Shown: positions 1 to 8,373 of the stretch, one piece after another | Position numbering within the stretch: the first letter of the stretch is position 1 | Layout of the letters: the number at the start of each line of letters is the position of its first letter | Assembly (NCBI GenBank): GCA_018817805.1 | Contig: JAHITC010000033.1 | Location: forward strand, 1 to 41,430 | Direction: 5' to 3' | Length of the DNA: 41,430 bases | Source: Patescibacteria group bacterium | GTDB lineage: Bacteria; Patescibacteriota; Kazan-3B-28; UBA10110 | Made by a program: the position numbers and the translations under genes | Notes under the pieces: model-generated | The model's database searches: none | What the model was told of the DNA's origin: nothing | Seen by the model: the letters and a program-made list of their open reading frames with translations, nothing else

Positions 1-1
1 G

Positions 2-106
2 CAGTACTACAACCATAGAAGGATTCATAGTAGATTAAAAATGGCACCAGTAATCTATGCTCAGAAGCATACTAATTTAATAACTAAATACGTACCCCAT
101 ACATGA
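2..106 (+). mobile_element. 3' end (last 34 codons) of an rve/DDE-type transposase or integrase gene, cut by the window edge
   Basis: Frame 2 reads QYYNHRRIHSRLKMAPVIYAQKHTNLITKYVPHT*. The YYN-x-R-R-I-H-S-x-L block is the usual C-terminal signature of rve-domain (IS3/IS481-like) transposases. Confidence 0.45.
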
Positions 107-217
107 AGACAAAGTGTCTAAAGAAATGGGTACCCGCCACCTATTATCAGAGCTAATTTATCCATTATGGCTATACTGCGATCTTCAAATCTTCTGTCTG
201 AATTTGGAGCCAAAAAC

Positions 218-541
218 TTAGCTCCTTGCAAGCAGTGCAAATTGGAAAAAATATTTATTTAGTTGATCCAGCTCAAAATTACTTTTTGGAGTGGATGTTA
301 ACCAACTGCTCACCAAGATCTCTCTCACTCTGGCTATTTCTCGCAGTCGATATTTATTATGTAAACTAGATAAAGTTAGGTCTAAAAGTTCTAACGTTCT
401 CTCAAATGCTCTGTCAGCCATATCCTTATCTTTATGACGCCATTTAATCATTCGATTCACTTCACTACCAACATTCCCCAATTGTTGCGCTAATGATAGC
501 TCCGACCATCTACCCGCAGATAGTTCTTGATGAAAAACCAT
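218..541 (-). CDS. hypothetical helical protein (107 aa), translationally coupled to the upstream DUF5674-like gene
   Basis: ORF from the track. Its ATG overlaps the upstream stop as TAATG at 541. No family recognised. Confidence 0.6.
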   Translation of the reverse strand: MVFHQELSAGRWSELSLAQQLGNVGSEVNRMIKWRHKDKDMADRAFERTLELLDLTLSSLHNKYRLREIARVREILVSSWLTSTPKSNFELDQLNKYFFQFALLARS

Positions 542-891
542 TATTTAATTAAATTATTCACAATCTCTACTATTTTTTTGCGAATAGTTTCATCTTCTAT
601 AGAACGAGAACGGTTATTTAATGATGGACGCACATTAATCATCGAATCAAATTCTATCCAACCATCATTGAGAATATCGGGGTAAAGATTAATACCCCAA
701 AGATTATTCTGCTTGGATCCTTGTTCCAGTAAGGCTGCTTCTTCATCAGCGTGCAACTCACTTCCCAACGCCATAGTCCTAGATTCAATATCTACAACTG
801 CTTTAACTAAATCACCAAACCTCTCTTCTGCAATTTTCCTTAGCTCTGCTCGGGTAATTGATTCTGTGATAATCCTGCTATCCATGAGCAT
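541..891 (-). CDS. DUF5674-like protein (116 aa)
   Basis: The ITRAELRKIAEERFGDLVKAVVDIE...GSELHADEEAALLEQGSKQNNLWGINLYP pattern matches my memory of the DUF5674 family. Confidence 0.6.
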   Translation of the reverse strand: MLMDSRIITESITRAELRKIAEERFGDLVKAVVDIESRTMALGSELHADEEAALLEQGSKQNNLWGINLYPDILNDGWIEFDSMINVRPSLNNRSRSIEDETIRKKIVEIVNNLIK

Positions 892-928
892 ATCTTACCA
901 TATGCCCTATCTGTCTGATTAGCTGGAT

Positions 929-977
929 TGCTGTATGACCTTCGAACCTTTTGTTTAAGTTTGGGGTAAGAAAAAAA
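929..977 (-). repeat. intergenic repeat module, copy A (truncated; lacks the promoter half)
   Basis: Minus-strand TTTTTTTCTTACCCCAAACTTAAACAAAAGGTTCGAAGGTCATACAGCA is shared with copies B and C. Confidence 0.8.
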
Positions 978-1001
978 CCACCTCCCATCTTTGGGGGGCG
1001 G
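971..1001 (-). terminator. intrinsic terminator after the 43-aa ORF
   Basis: Minus strand CCGCCCCCC-AAAGAT-GGGAGGTGG followed by TTTTTTT. The T-tract is the first part of repeat copy A. Confidence 0.6.
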
Positions 1002-1046
1002 TCAACTAATAATCTTATGGATAAGCAACAGCATCAATTAATCTTA

Positions 1047-1178
1047 TTAATCGCGGTCGCGGTCATCCCAATAACTATGACTCCACTTATCATGAAGATA
1101 CTTATTGTAGAACCAGATCAACAGTCCCACAAATATATAGAATCCGAACATATCAATAAACCAGCGCAAAAACCCCAT
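1047..1178 (-). CDS. candidate small hydrophobic protein (43 aa), below the ORF-track cutoff
   Basis: MGFLRWFIDMFGFYIFVGLLIWFYNKYLHDKWSHSYWDDRDRD*. It has GGTGA 5 nt upstream of the ATG, a promoter in repeat B upstream, and a terminator downstream. Confidence 0.35.
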   Translation of the reverse strand: MGFLRWFIDMFGFYIFVGLLIWFYNKYLHDKWSHSYWDDRDRD

Positions 1179-1248
1179 AATTCACCGCCCACACGAAAAT
1201 TAACAAAAAATATGCCTACACCCTATTTGTCAATTGACTCCTGATATA

Positions 1249-1277
1249 AATATACCGAAATAACAGATTCCAGTCAA
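1249..1277 (-). promoter_or_regulatory. sigma70-like promoter inside repeat copy B
   Basis: Minus strand TTGACT (1277-1272), 17-nt spacer, TATATT (1254-1249). Confidence 0.5.
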
Positions 1278-1348
1278 GCTATTCCTGGTTTGGTTGGGGC
1301 TACTGTACGACCTTCGGACCTTTTGTTTGAGTTTGGGGTAAGAAAAAA
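1268..1348 (-). repeat. intergenic repeat module, copy B (full length)
   Basis: Minus strand TTTTTTCTTACCCCAAACTCAAACAAAAGGTCCGAAGGTCGTACAGTAGCCCCAACCAAACCAGGAATAGCTTGACTGGAA. Confidence 0.85.
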
Positions 1349-1372
1349 CCCATTAACTAATTAATTAACGGG
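1343..1372 (-). terminator. intrinsic terminator of the 199-aa membrane protein gene
   Basis: Minus strand CCCGTTAA-TTAATTAG-TTAATGGG then TTTTTT. The hairpin includes the stop codon. Confidence 0.55.
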
Positions 1373-1964
1373 CTGTGAAGAATGTTTGTAGCTTATAACC
1401 AAGCTTGAATTTGATCAGACACGTCAATACAACGCATATCAAGAAAATATATACAGGAAATGCATAGTATTCGAAACTCCAGATATCAATGGCAAATATG
1501 GTTATTAGTGCACCAATCGCAGAAAAAAGATACGCAGAGTAGCTTTCTGATTCTGGATTTGTGTGAGATTTAATTATTGTTGGTATTGCAGCCATAAAAT
1601 CTGCCAAAATTGCAAAGAGAATCGCTACGTTTCCAGATCTGGTTATATACCACAGAGCAAGAGCTACAATAGCCAGTACGCCGGCTAACATATCGAATCT
1701 TTCTAAGCGCCAATATGCTTTTTTATTCACAAATGAAGCTATAAAGATAAGCAGTGGACCAAAACCTACTGAGAAAGTCATTAAAGAATGGATCCCCACT
1801 CCTTCATACAGCTGAGCAAAGAAAGCTGTTAATGGAGCTACGGACCATATAAACCAACTAATTTTATTAGGTTTGGTATTTCCCTTAAGAGTTTCTATGA
1901 GATAGATTAGCAAGCCTACAAAATTGAAAACGAGTGCTAAGATCACAAATCTCTCATCAATCAT
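1365..1964 (-). CDS. hypothetical polytopic membrane protein (about 199 aa)
   Basis: The ORF has multiple hydrophobic helices. I moved the start from TTG at 1982 to ATG at 1964 because AAGGAG lies 7 nt upstream of it. Confidence 0.7.
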   Translation of the reverse strand: MIDERFVILALVFNFVGLLIYLIETLKGNTKPNKISWFIWSVAPLTAFFAQLYEGVGIHSLMTFSVGFGPLLIFIASFVNKKAYWRLERFDMLAGVLAIVALALWYITRSGNVAILFAILADFMAAIPTIIKSHTNPESESYSAYLFSAIGALITIFAIDIWSFEYYAFPVYIFLICVVLTCLIKFKLGYKLQTFFTAR

Positions 1965-2000
1965 TTCTGGACTCCTTTTCAAAGATCAGTTACAGAGTCC

Positions 2001-2029
2001 AGTGTATAAAAAAACTAGCTTCCAGTCAA
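2001..2029 (-). promoter_or_regulatory. sigma70-like promoter inside repeat copy C
   Basis: Minus strand TTGACT (2029-2024), 17-nt spacer, TACACT (2006-2001). Confidence 0.45.
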
Positions 2030-2082
2030 GCTATTCCTGGTTTAGTTGGCGCTGCTGTACGACCTTCGAACCTTTTGTTTAG
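2020..2082 (-). repeat. intergenic repeat module, copy C (lacks the T-tract/CTTACCCC half)
   Basis: Minus strand CTAAACAAAAGGTTCGAAGGTCGTACAGCAGCGCCAACTAAACCAGGAATAGCTTGACTGGAA. Confidence 0.85.
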
Positions 2083-2089
2083 CTAGCCT

Positions 2090-2716
2090 TTAGACTTTAA
2101 CCCCTATATATCGAATCAACCCCCCTTCTGCTCCACCACGACTATTCACCCGACTTCCCATATCATCGAGTATTATAGTGTTAAATATGCCAGCAATCTT
2201 TAACTTTATACTTTTCTCATCAAAAAACCGTTTCTTTAGCCCAGGCCTTACTTCAAAATAGTCTTCTTCCAACATATTCCCCTTACCATGCTCTGGATCT
2301 TTCCGGGAATTTAGCAATAATGCGACAACACCTTTTTTCTTAAGAACCCTCTTTATGTCTGCAAATATTCTGTCAGTGGTAATGTCATCAAAATATTGGA
2401 TTGATACAGAGGCATAAACGGTATCAAATGACTCGTCGGGAAAAGGAAAAGGTTTTCCTAAATCCAAGTACTCGACAGAAATGCCTTTAAGCTTTTTAGA
2501 TCGGTTAGCTTGTAATGCAGGTTCTGAAAAATCTGTTGATACAACTTTATGACCCTTGGAAACAAAGTACCTAGAATCATGACCCGCACCGGCACCTAAA
2601 TCTAATATTCTACTTTTCTTCGAGAAATATGGTTCAGCGAATCTAGCAAACTCGGTTGATTCGCCAGAAGCATCGGATTTTAAGTATTCTTTATTTTTCT
2701 CGTCCCAAATATTCAT
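2090..2716 (-). CDS. class I SAM-dependent methyltransferase
   Basis: Motif I ILDLGAGAGHDS and a typical Methyltransf_11-like layout. Confidence 0.8.
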   Translation of the reverse strand: MNIWDEKNKEYLKSDASGESTEFARFAEPYFSKKSRILDLGAGAGHDSRYFVSKGHKVVSTDFSEPALQANRSKKLKGISVEYLDLGKPFPFPDESFDTVYASVSIQYFDDITTDRIFADIKRVLKKKGVVALLLNSRKDPEHGKGNMLEEDYFEVRPGLKKRFFDEKSIKLKIAGIFNTIILDDMGSRVNSRGGAEGGLIRYIGVKV

Positions 2717-2789
2717 ACCTTTATATTATCAGGTTCAAACGTTCGTTGGGGTACCTAAAATTAACTGCTCCTGCAAAAGAGAATTTTGT

Positions 2790-2863
2790 TGGTTGGGGCG
2801 GCAGGATTCGAACCTACGATCACGGGACCAAAACCCGATGCCTTACCACTTGGCTACACCCCA
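2790..2863 (-). tRNA. tRNA-Gln (anticodon UUG), CCA encoded
   Basis: Minus strand TGGGGTG TA GCCAAGTGGTAAGGC A TCGGG TTTTGGT CCCGT GATC GTAGG TTCGAAT CCTGC CGCCCCA A CCA. The acceptor, anticodon and T arms pair, and it closely resembles E. coli tRNA-Gln. Confidence 0.9.
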
Positions 2864-3000
2864 TCAAAATGTTCCAAAAGCCTGGATAGAACTATATAAC
2901 GATCTACGAGATTGGTGCATACGAGAACAACTGAAAGAAAAAGGATTCAAACAAGAATTCATCGATAAGCTAATTATATCTTAAAATACTTAAAAACCCA

Positions 3001-3055
3001 TTGACCTTTAATGTACTCTCTATTATCATTTAGATAGTTGGCTAAATATCTAAAT
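3001..3055 (+). promoter_or_regulatory. promoter plus palindromic operator of the ArsR/SdpR-like operon
   Basis: TTGACC (3001-3006), 17 nt, TATCAT (3024-3029). A perfect inverted repeat ATTTAGATA (3028-3036) / TATCTAAAT (3047-3055) lies between the -10 and the ATG at 3057. Confidence 0.6.
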
Positions 3056-3056
3056 A

Positions 3057-3341
3057 ATGGGCATTACAGACATTACTACTACCCTGAAGGCGTTAAGCGA
3101 TCCGATTAGGCGGGACATATTGAACTTATTAAAGAAAAAGAACTTAACTGCTGGTGAAATTGCCCTCCTCTTCCCTATCAGCAAGCCGTCGCTTTCTCAT
3201 CACTTTACCGTTTTAAAGAATGCAAATCTGATTGGATCCGAACGAAAAGGACAAAAAATCTATTACTCTCTTAATGCTACCGTGTTCTACGAATTATTAA
3301 ACGATGTTTTAGAAACTTTTGGAGAAAAAAATGAAAATTAA
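3057..3341 (+). CDS. ArsR/SmtB-family transcriptional regulator (SdpR-like autorepressor)
   Basis: wHTH signature LSDPIRRDILNLL...LTAGEIALLFPISKPSLSHHFTVLKNANLI...GQKIYYSL. Confidence 0.85.
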   Translation: MGITDITTTLKALSDPIRRDILNLLKKKNLTAGEIALLFPISKPSLSHHFTVLKNANLIGSERKGQKIYYSLNATVFYELLNDVLETFGEKNEN

Positions 3342-3981
3342 CTTTAGAAGTGAATGGTTCTCAATTTTTTGTTTTATTAGCGCTGTCATAATTTCGCTAT
3401 GGGCTTACCCACACCTGCCTGCCATGGTTCCATCTCATTGGAACATTCAGGGACAGATTGATGGTTATATGACTAGACTTGGACATACCATTGGTGTCCC
3501 CGGCATGATACTCGGAATATATATATTGTTTTTAGCAATTCCTGTTTTCGAGCCAAGACGACAAAATTTCTTCAGATCGATTGGTTTCTACCAGATGATC
3601 CGCAACTTTATGATGGGCTTTATGTTGCTAATATACATGGTTACTACCTGGATAGGAGTCACAGGGGAAGCGCTTGCAATTGGCAAAATCGTGCCACTGG
3701 CAGTTGGTATCTTATTTATCTTTATAGGTAACTATTTGAGCCAGATTAAATCTAACTTTTTTATGGGTATCCGAACCCCATGGACACTGTCTTCAGATAC
3801 AGTTTGGCAAAAGACCCACAGGTTAGGTGGATATACTTTTGTTATAGGTGGACTCTTGTTTATGGTAGCAGTGCTTTTTAATGAACCATGGAATTTCTAT
3901 CTACCAATGACTGGAATACTACTAGCAGCATTAGTGCCAGTAGTTTATTCTTATATTTCATTTAGACAGGAGCAGCAATAA
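3331..3981 (+). CDS. SdpI-family membrane protein (DUF1648 + SdpI immunity-like domain)
   Basis: HLPAMVPSHWNIQGQIDGY (DUF1648-like) and GNYLSQIKSNFFMGIRTPWTLSSDTVWQKTHRLGG (SdpI-like). The start is set at ATG 3331, with GGAG at 3321-3324. The track start at 3319 is TTG. Confidence 0.8.
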   Translation: MKINFRSEWFSIFCFISAVIISLWAYPHLPAMVPSHWNIQGQIDGYMTRLGHTIGVPGMILGIYILFLAIPVFEPRRQNFFRSIGFYQMIRNFMMGFMLLIYMVTTWIGVTGEALAIGKIVPLAVGILFIFIGNYLSQIKSNFFMGIRTPWTLSSDTVWQKTHRLGGYTFVIGGLLFMVAVLFNEPWNFYLPMTGILLAALVPVVYSYISFRQEQQ

Positions 3982-3995
3982 TATTCCAGCTATGT

Positions 3996-5357
3996 TTAAA
4001 ACAATGGCTTTATAATGTAGCCAGAGGAAGTGTCGAGAACCTCATACCCTAATTTCTCTATTTCACCCCGCAATTTATCTGACTTTTTCCAATCTTTATT
4101 AGTCCTAGCCCGCTCCCTCTCCTCGGCTAGTTTTTTAATTTTGGTAGGAATGGCAGGGGCTTTGTAATTCTTAAAGCCAAACCCTAGAACTTTATCAAAA
4201 TCCAATAAAGTGGCTTGTTTGTCTGCTAGGTTTGATTTCGACCCTTCTAACTCCCAAATTATTTTCATTGCTGATGGCAAATTCAAATTATCATTTATGG
4301 CAAACAAAAACTTCTGCTTATAATTTTTTAGTATCTTGCCTTTCTGTTTCTTTGCTAGAAACATCTCTTGCAGTTTATACAACGAATTTTGCGCCCCAAT
4401 CATAGCTGATCTAGAAAAGTTTAATTTGCTTCTGTAATGGCTGGTTACTGCTAAATATCTAAACACTGTTGGAGAAAACCCTTGTTTTTCTAAATCAACT
4501 AGTGTTAAGAAATTGCCTTTACTTTTCGACATCTTGTCTTTACCAACTATCATGAAGGCGCCATGTACAAAATATTTTGCTAGTGGCTTGCTAGTAGCCG
4601 CTTCGCTTTGAGCAATCTCGTTATTGTGATGAATCGCAATGTGATCTTCACCACCTAAATGAATATCGAAAGGTTGCCCCAATTCTTTAGTGGAGATGGC
4701 CGAACATTCTAAATGCCACCCCGGATACCCTCTCCCCCACGGAGAAGCCCACTCCTGCTGCCTATTCTCGTTTGGCAAAGAAAGCTTCCAAAGCGCAAAA
4801 TCGGCTATATTTTTTTTACCCGAACTATGGCAAACCCTAGCTTTTCCAAGTTTAATTTTAGCTAAACGACCATAATTTTTAAATTTTTGAGTATCGAAAT
4901 AAATTCCATCATTTGTGGCATAAGTATATCCCCTTCTCTCTAGTTTTTTTATTAAAGCTATCTGTTCTTTAATATATTTTGTCGCAGAAGCAAATTTAGC
5001 AGGAAACTCTATATTCAGATCCTTCAAATCTCGCTTGAATAAATCGGTGTAGTGCTTTGTTAATTTATTTGCTTTTAAGCCAGATTTTTTGGCAGCCACC
5101 TCAACTTTATCCATACCTTCATCTTCATCAGAAGTGAGATGGCCCACATCGGTAATATTCATTACATGCTTAACTTTGTAGCCATTGTATTCTAACGTTC
5201 TTCGCAAAATATCTTCAAAAATATATGTTCTTAAATTCCCAATATGTGCTTCCTGATAAACCGTTGGACCACAAGCATAAATAGAAACCTTACCTTTTTT
5301 AAGAGGTTTAAAAACTTCTAATTTACGAGTCAGCGAATTATATAGCTTAAGCACCAT
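3996..5357 (-). CDS. cysS: cysteine--tRNA ligase
   Basis: The N-terminus LYNSLTRKLEVFKP...YACGPTVYQEAHIGNLRTY carries HIGH, and KMSKSKGNF is also present. Confidence 0.95.
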   Translation of the reverse strand: MVLKLYNSLTRKLEVFKPLKKGKVSIYACGPTVYQEAHIGNLRTYIFEDILRRTLEYNGYKVKHVMNITDVGHLTSDEDEGMDKVEVAAKKSGLKANKLTKHYTDLFKRDLKDLNIEFPAKFASATKYIKEQIALIKKLERRGYTYATNDGIYFDTQKFKNYGRLAKIKLGKARVCHSSGKKNIADFALWKLSLPNENRQQEWASPWGRGYPGWHLECSAISTKELGQPFDIHLGGEDHIAIHHNNEIAQSEAATSKPLAKYFVHGAFMIVGKDKMSKSKGNFLTLVDLEKQGFSPTVFRYLAVTSHYRSKLNFSRSAMIGAQNSLYKLQEMFLAKKQKGKILKNYKQKFLFAINDNLNLPSAMKIIWELEGSKSNLADKQATLLDFDKVLGFGFKNYKAPAIPTKIKKLAEERERARTNKDWKKSDKLRGEIEKLGYEVLDTSSGYIIKPLF

Positions 5358-6240
5358 GTTTTTTAGATTCTATTAATTTACTCTCTACTAGATAAGCCCC
5401 CACTAACACCGTTGCCCCACCTAGAATATGTTGGAATTCAATTTTTTCGCGCAGAAACAACATCGATAAAATTGCGATCTGTACTAACATAGTGTTTTGC
5501 AAAACAGCAGCTTCGATCGCTTTTAGTTGATCTAGAGCCACATTCCATATAAGTCCACCAAAAGCAAAGATTGCACCTACTAGCATTACTATGCTTAGAT
5601 TAGGCATCACAAATACTTTTGGTAGATCGCCACTTAAAAGACCAACTGGGAATAACAACAACACCCCTATGGTTACTCCAAACAAAGCTAAAGTAAAAGC
5701 CTGGTCACCAGGTTGTTTAGATAGCATTCTGGTAAGCACAGTGTTAAGGGCATAGCTAATTTCTGCTAGCAAAATAAGTAACATCCCAAACAAAGCCCCA
5801 CCAAAAAGTTCATGACTCAAAAACATACTGGCTCCAGCAAAGGCAATAGCTAACCCCACTACTTGCAAAATAGTGGGTTTTTCTCGCAGAATTAACCACG
5901 CCAAAATCATTACCAGAGTAGAGTTAAGCCCAGCAAACAAACCAGCTACAGTGCCAGTCACATATTTTAGCCCAACGACGGCCAACAGCGGCGCAATCAC
6001 GAACCCTGTCACGCCAATTAGAACTAGGACGGTTATCCACTGAGAATCTTTGTTCCAATTTAATTTGGGTTTTCTGATGAAATAATAGATTAGCAGTGCC
6101 ACTAATGCCATTAGTTGAATGGCAAATGTTAAAGCATACGGTGAAACTAATAACAAGCCAAACTTAATAACAATTTTTGAAATTGACCATAAAAAAGTAG
6201 CAAGTAAAGCTTGCCATAGAAAGAATCTGCCCCCCTTCAT
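5347..6240 (-). CDS. EamA/DMT-family transporter
   Basis: About 10 TM helices in a two-EamA-repeat architecture. Confidence 0.75.
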   Translation of the reverse strand: MKGGRFFLWQALLATFLWSISKIVIKFGLLLVSPYALTFAIQLMALVALLIYYFIRKPKLNWNKDSQWITVLVLIGVTGFVIAPLLAVVGLKYVTGTVAGLFAGLNSTLVMILAWLILREKPTILQVVGLAIAFAGASMFLSHELFGGALFGMLLILLAEISYALNTVLTRMLSKQPGDQAFTLALFGVTIGVLLLFPVGLLSGDLPKVFVMPNLSIVMLVGAIFAFGGLIWNVALDQLKAIEAAVLQNTMLVQIAILSMLFLREKIEFQHILGGATVLVGAYLVESKLIESKKHGA

Positions 6241-6839
6241 GCGACTCTCCTTCCTTCTAGCGCTCTAGCCAGTGTTATTTCATCGGCATATTCTAAATCA
6301 CCACCCATAGGCAACCCACTAGCAATGCGTGTCATTCTAACTTCAGTAGGAACAAGTAAACGTTTTAAATACATCGCAGTTGCTTCACCTTCTATATTAT
6401 GATTTGTAGCAATAATCACCTCTTCAATTGTATCGGTTTTTATGCGACTTAATAAATTTTGCAGATTTAACTGTTCTGCTCCAATTCCATCAAGTGGCGA
6501 GAGGCGCCCACCCAGAACATGATACTTGCCGTTAAAACTTCGTAATTTCTCAAAAGCTACTACATCTAATGGCTCCTCAACAATACAAAGAATATTAGAA
6601 CTTCTGCTCTCATCTGCACAAATATGACAGGGATTGTGGTCGGTAATATTACCGCAAGTACTGCAGTAGGCTAAATCTTTTTTAAGATTCAAGAATGCAT
6701 CGCCCAATTCACGAACATCGAGGTTTGGATTTTTAATTAAATAAAAAGCTAACCTGGAAGCAGTTTTAGGACCAATGCCAGGCAATTTGCCAAGCTCATT
6801 AATTAATTTAGAAACAGATTTAGGTAGGGCATACATCAT
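6237..6839 (-). CDS. recR: recombination protein RecR
   Basis: LPGIGPKTASRLAFYL HhH motif, a Cys4 zinc finger CSTCGN...CHIC, and a Toprim domain. Confidence 0.95.
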   Translation of the reverse strand: MMYALPKSVSKLINELGKLPGIGPKTASRLAFYLIKNPNLDVRELGDAFLNLKKDLAYCSTCGNITDHNPCHICADESRSSNILCIVEEPLDVVAFEKLRSFNGKYHVLGGRLSPLDGIGAEQLNLQNLLSRIKTDTIEEVIIATNHNIEGEATAMYLKRLLVPTEVRMTRIASGLPMGGDLEYADEITLARALEGRRVA

Positions 6840-6840
6840 A

Positions 6841-7140
6841 TTAGAGACCCGGTATCCCGAGCCCGCCCATCACTTCTTTAGTTTTGTTAGCAGCGGCTTG
6901 TTGCGACTTTTTAACTGCTGAAGAAAATGCTTGGCTCAAAAACTTAATTAAACTATCTTTTTCTTCTATGCTTACTAAACTGTCATCAATTTCGACAGCA
7001 ATTACTCTTTGTTCGCCACTTAGAGTAACTTTTACTTTGCCACCTAACTCTTCACCAGTAAACTCCATTTCTTTTAGCTCTGCCTGCAATTTACGAGCTT
7101 TACTTTGCAAATCCCACAATTTTTTTGCTTTATCAAACAT
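6841..7140 (-). CDS. ybaB: YbaB/EbfC-family nucleoid-associated protein
   Basis: 99 aa, with ...KLQAELKEMEFTGEELGGKVKVTLSGEQRVIAVEID..., located next to recR. Confidence 0.9.
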   Translation of the reverse strand: MFDKAKKLWDLQSKARKLQAELKEMEFTGEELGGKVKVTLSGEQRVIAVEIDDSLVSIEEKDSLIKFLSQAFSSAVKKSQQAAANKTKEVMGGLGIPGL

Positions 7141-7150
7141 GACTTTTAAT

Positions 7151-7888
7151 TTACTCGTTACTTAATACAACAGATTTAATAATAATATCTTTTTTAGGAC
7201 GATCATTATCACTTGTTTTTGCTATTCCAATCTTATCAACAATATCTAGTCCGGCTATAACCCTACCAAAAGGAGTATGTTTACCATCTAACCAAGGAGT
7301 TGACTCACCCGTAATAATAAAGAACTGGCTACCATTAGTATTTACCCCAGAATTAGCCATTGCTACGATGCCTTTAGTTAGATTTGGCATCTTACTAGAG
7401 AATTCGTCATCAAACTGATATCCTGGGCCACCAGTACCATCATTACTGATATCGTCATCTTTCGACAAAGGATCTCCAGTTTGGATCATAAAATCTTTAA
7501 TTATCCGATGGAACTTAACGTTGTCGTAAAAATTCTTTTGTGTAAGCAAAACGAAATTAGCCACAGTTTTTGGAGCTGTCTCACTTAATAACTCTATCTT
7601 AATGTCTCCTTCACTAGTCGAGATAGTAGCAAATTTATTAGCCACTAGCTCCTCTCTAGACAAAGTGCCAAAAGGGCCAGAGATACTCTTTAAACTGCCG
7701 GCCCAGATAATTCCCTTAGGAATTGCCCAAACTAATGCTCCAGCTAGCACCAACCCACCCATTAGCCAAACTATTCGCTTCCAAGGAAAAGCAACCTTAT
7801 ACAAGCGCCTATTTTCGTGCCATTGGCGAAGTAGCTCCCTCTTTTCTTCTATCCTCTTTAATTTACGCAATCTCTGACGAGTAGACAT
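7151..7888 (-). CDS. cyclophilin-type peptidyl-prolyl isomerase with N-terminal membrane anchor
   Basis: NFVLLTQKNFYDNVKFHRIIKDFMIQTGDP...GIVAMANSGVNTNGSQFFI. Confidence 0.9.
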   Translation of the reverse strand: MSTRQRLRKLKRIEEKRELLRQWHENRRLYKVAFPWKRIVWLMGGLVLAGALVWAIPKGIIWAGSLKSISGPFGTLSREELVANKFATISTSEGDIKIELLSETAPKTVANFVLLTQKNFYDNVKFHRIIKDFMIQTGDPLSKDDDISNDGTGGPGYQFDDEFSSKMPNLTKGIVAMANSGVNTNGSQFFIITGESTPWLDGKHTPFGRVIAGLDIVDKIGIAKTSDNDRPKKDIIIKSVVLSNE

Positions 7889-8003
7889 AATGTATTTAAT
7901 TACCTTTATATTCTACAATACCACAGCCAATTGGGAATCTATTCGTGAATTTAGCTGTGTTACAATATATTATTGTTATTTGAAATCTACGGAGGTGCAT
8001 ATT

Positions 8004-8297
8004 ATGGTTGATAGACCCATCGCCAAGACAACACTACAAAACATGTTTGAATGTAGTAAAGCACACGCAGAGCGATATGATGTTGCGATCACAACTTTTT
8101 TCGTATCAACAATGCTTTTCGAAGAAATTATCAACGACACTAAAGTGCAGAGAGATGCCACACGACTAATTGAAGGCAAGAGAGTTATTACAAACGTCAA
8201 ACTAAGCCCAACCAATGGCCTGCTCGTGACTATCATCGAGGACAACGATAGAGTCCCCACAGAGGTAACTCTAGAGCAACAATGGAAGAACAGTTAG
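8004..8297 (+). CDS. hypothetical protein (97 aa)
   Basis: GGAGGTG lies 6 nt upstream of ATG 8004. The longer track ORF from 7890 has no RBS. Confidence 0.5.
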   Translation: MVDRPIAKTTLQNMFECSKAHAERYDVAITTFFVSTMLFEEIINDTKVQRDATRLIEGKRVITNVKLSPTNGLLVTIIEDNDRVPTEVTLEQQWKNS

Positions 8298-8327
8298 TTG
8301 TTAAAAGAATTCCTCACAAATAAACCC

Positions 8328-8358
8328 AAGACACTTTATCGATTAAGGTGTCTTTTTA
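8328..8358. terminator. hairpin terminator between convergent genes
   Basis: AAGACAC-N12-GTGTCTT followed by TTTT on the plus strand. Confidence 0.55.
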
Positions 8359-8373
8359 CTTTCTACAAAGAAG

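Noticed and set aside
951-1244. 97-aa plus-strand ORF.
   Set aside because: It has a non-ATG start inside repeat copy A and no RBS or promoter, and its sequence is proline/lysine-rich low complexity. It is antisense to a better-supported 43-aa ORF that has a promoter, RBS and terminator.
905-2090. Integron gene-cassette array with attC sites.
   Set aside because: The repeats lack the R''/L''-L'/R' inverted-repeat architecture and the GTTRRRY core. They carry promoters, which cassettes normally lack, and no intI gene is present.
2656-2984. Two plus-strand ORFs (77 and 63 aa) across the tRNA region.
   Set aside because: They are read antisense through tRNA-Gln and the methyltransferase 5' end, so they are shadow ORFs.
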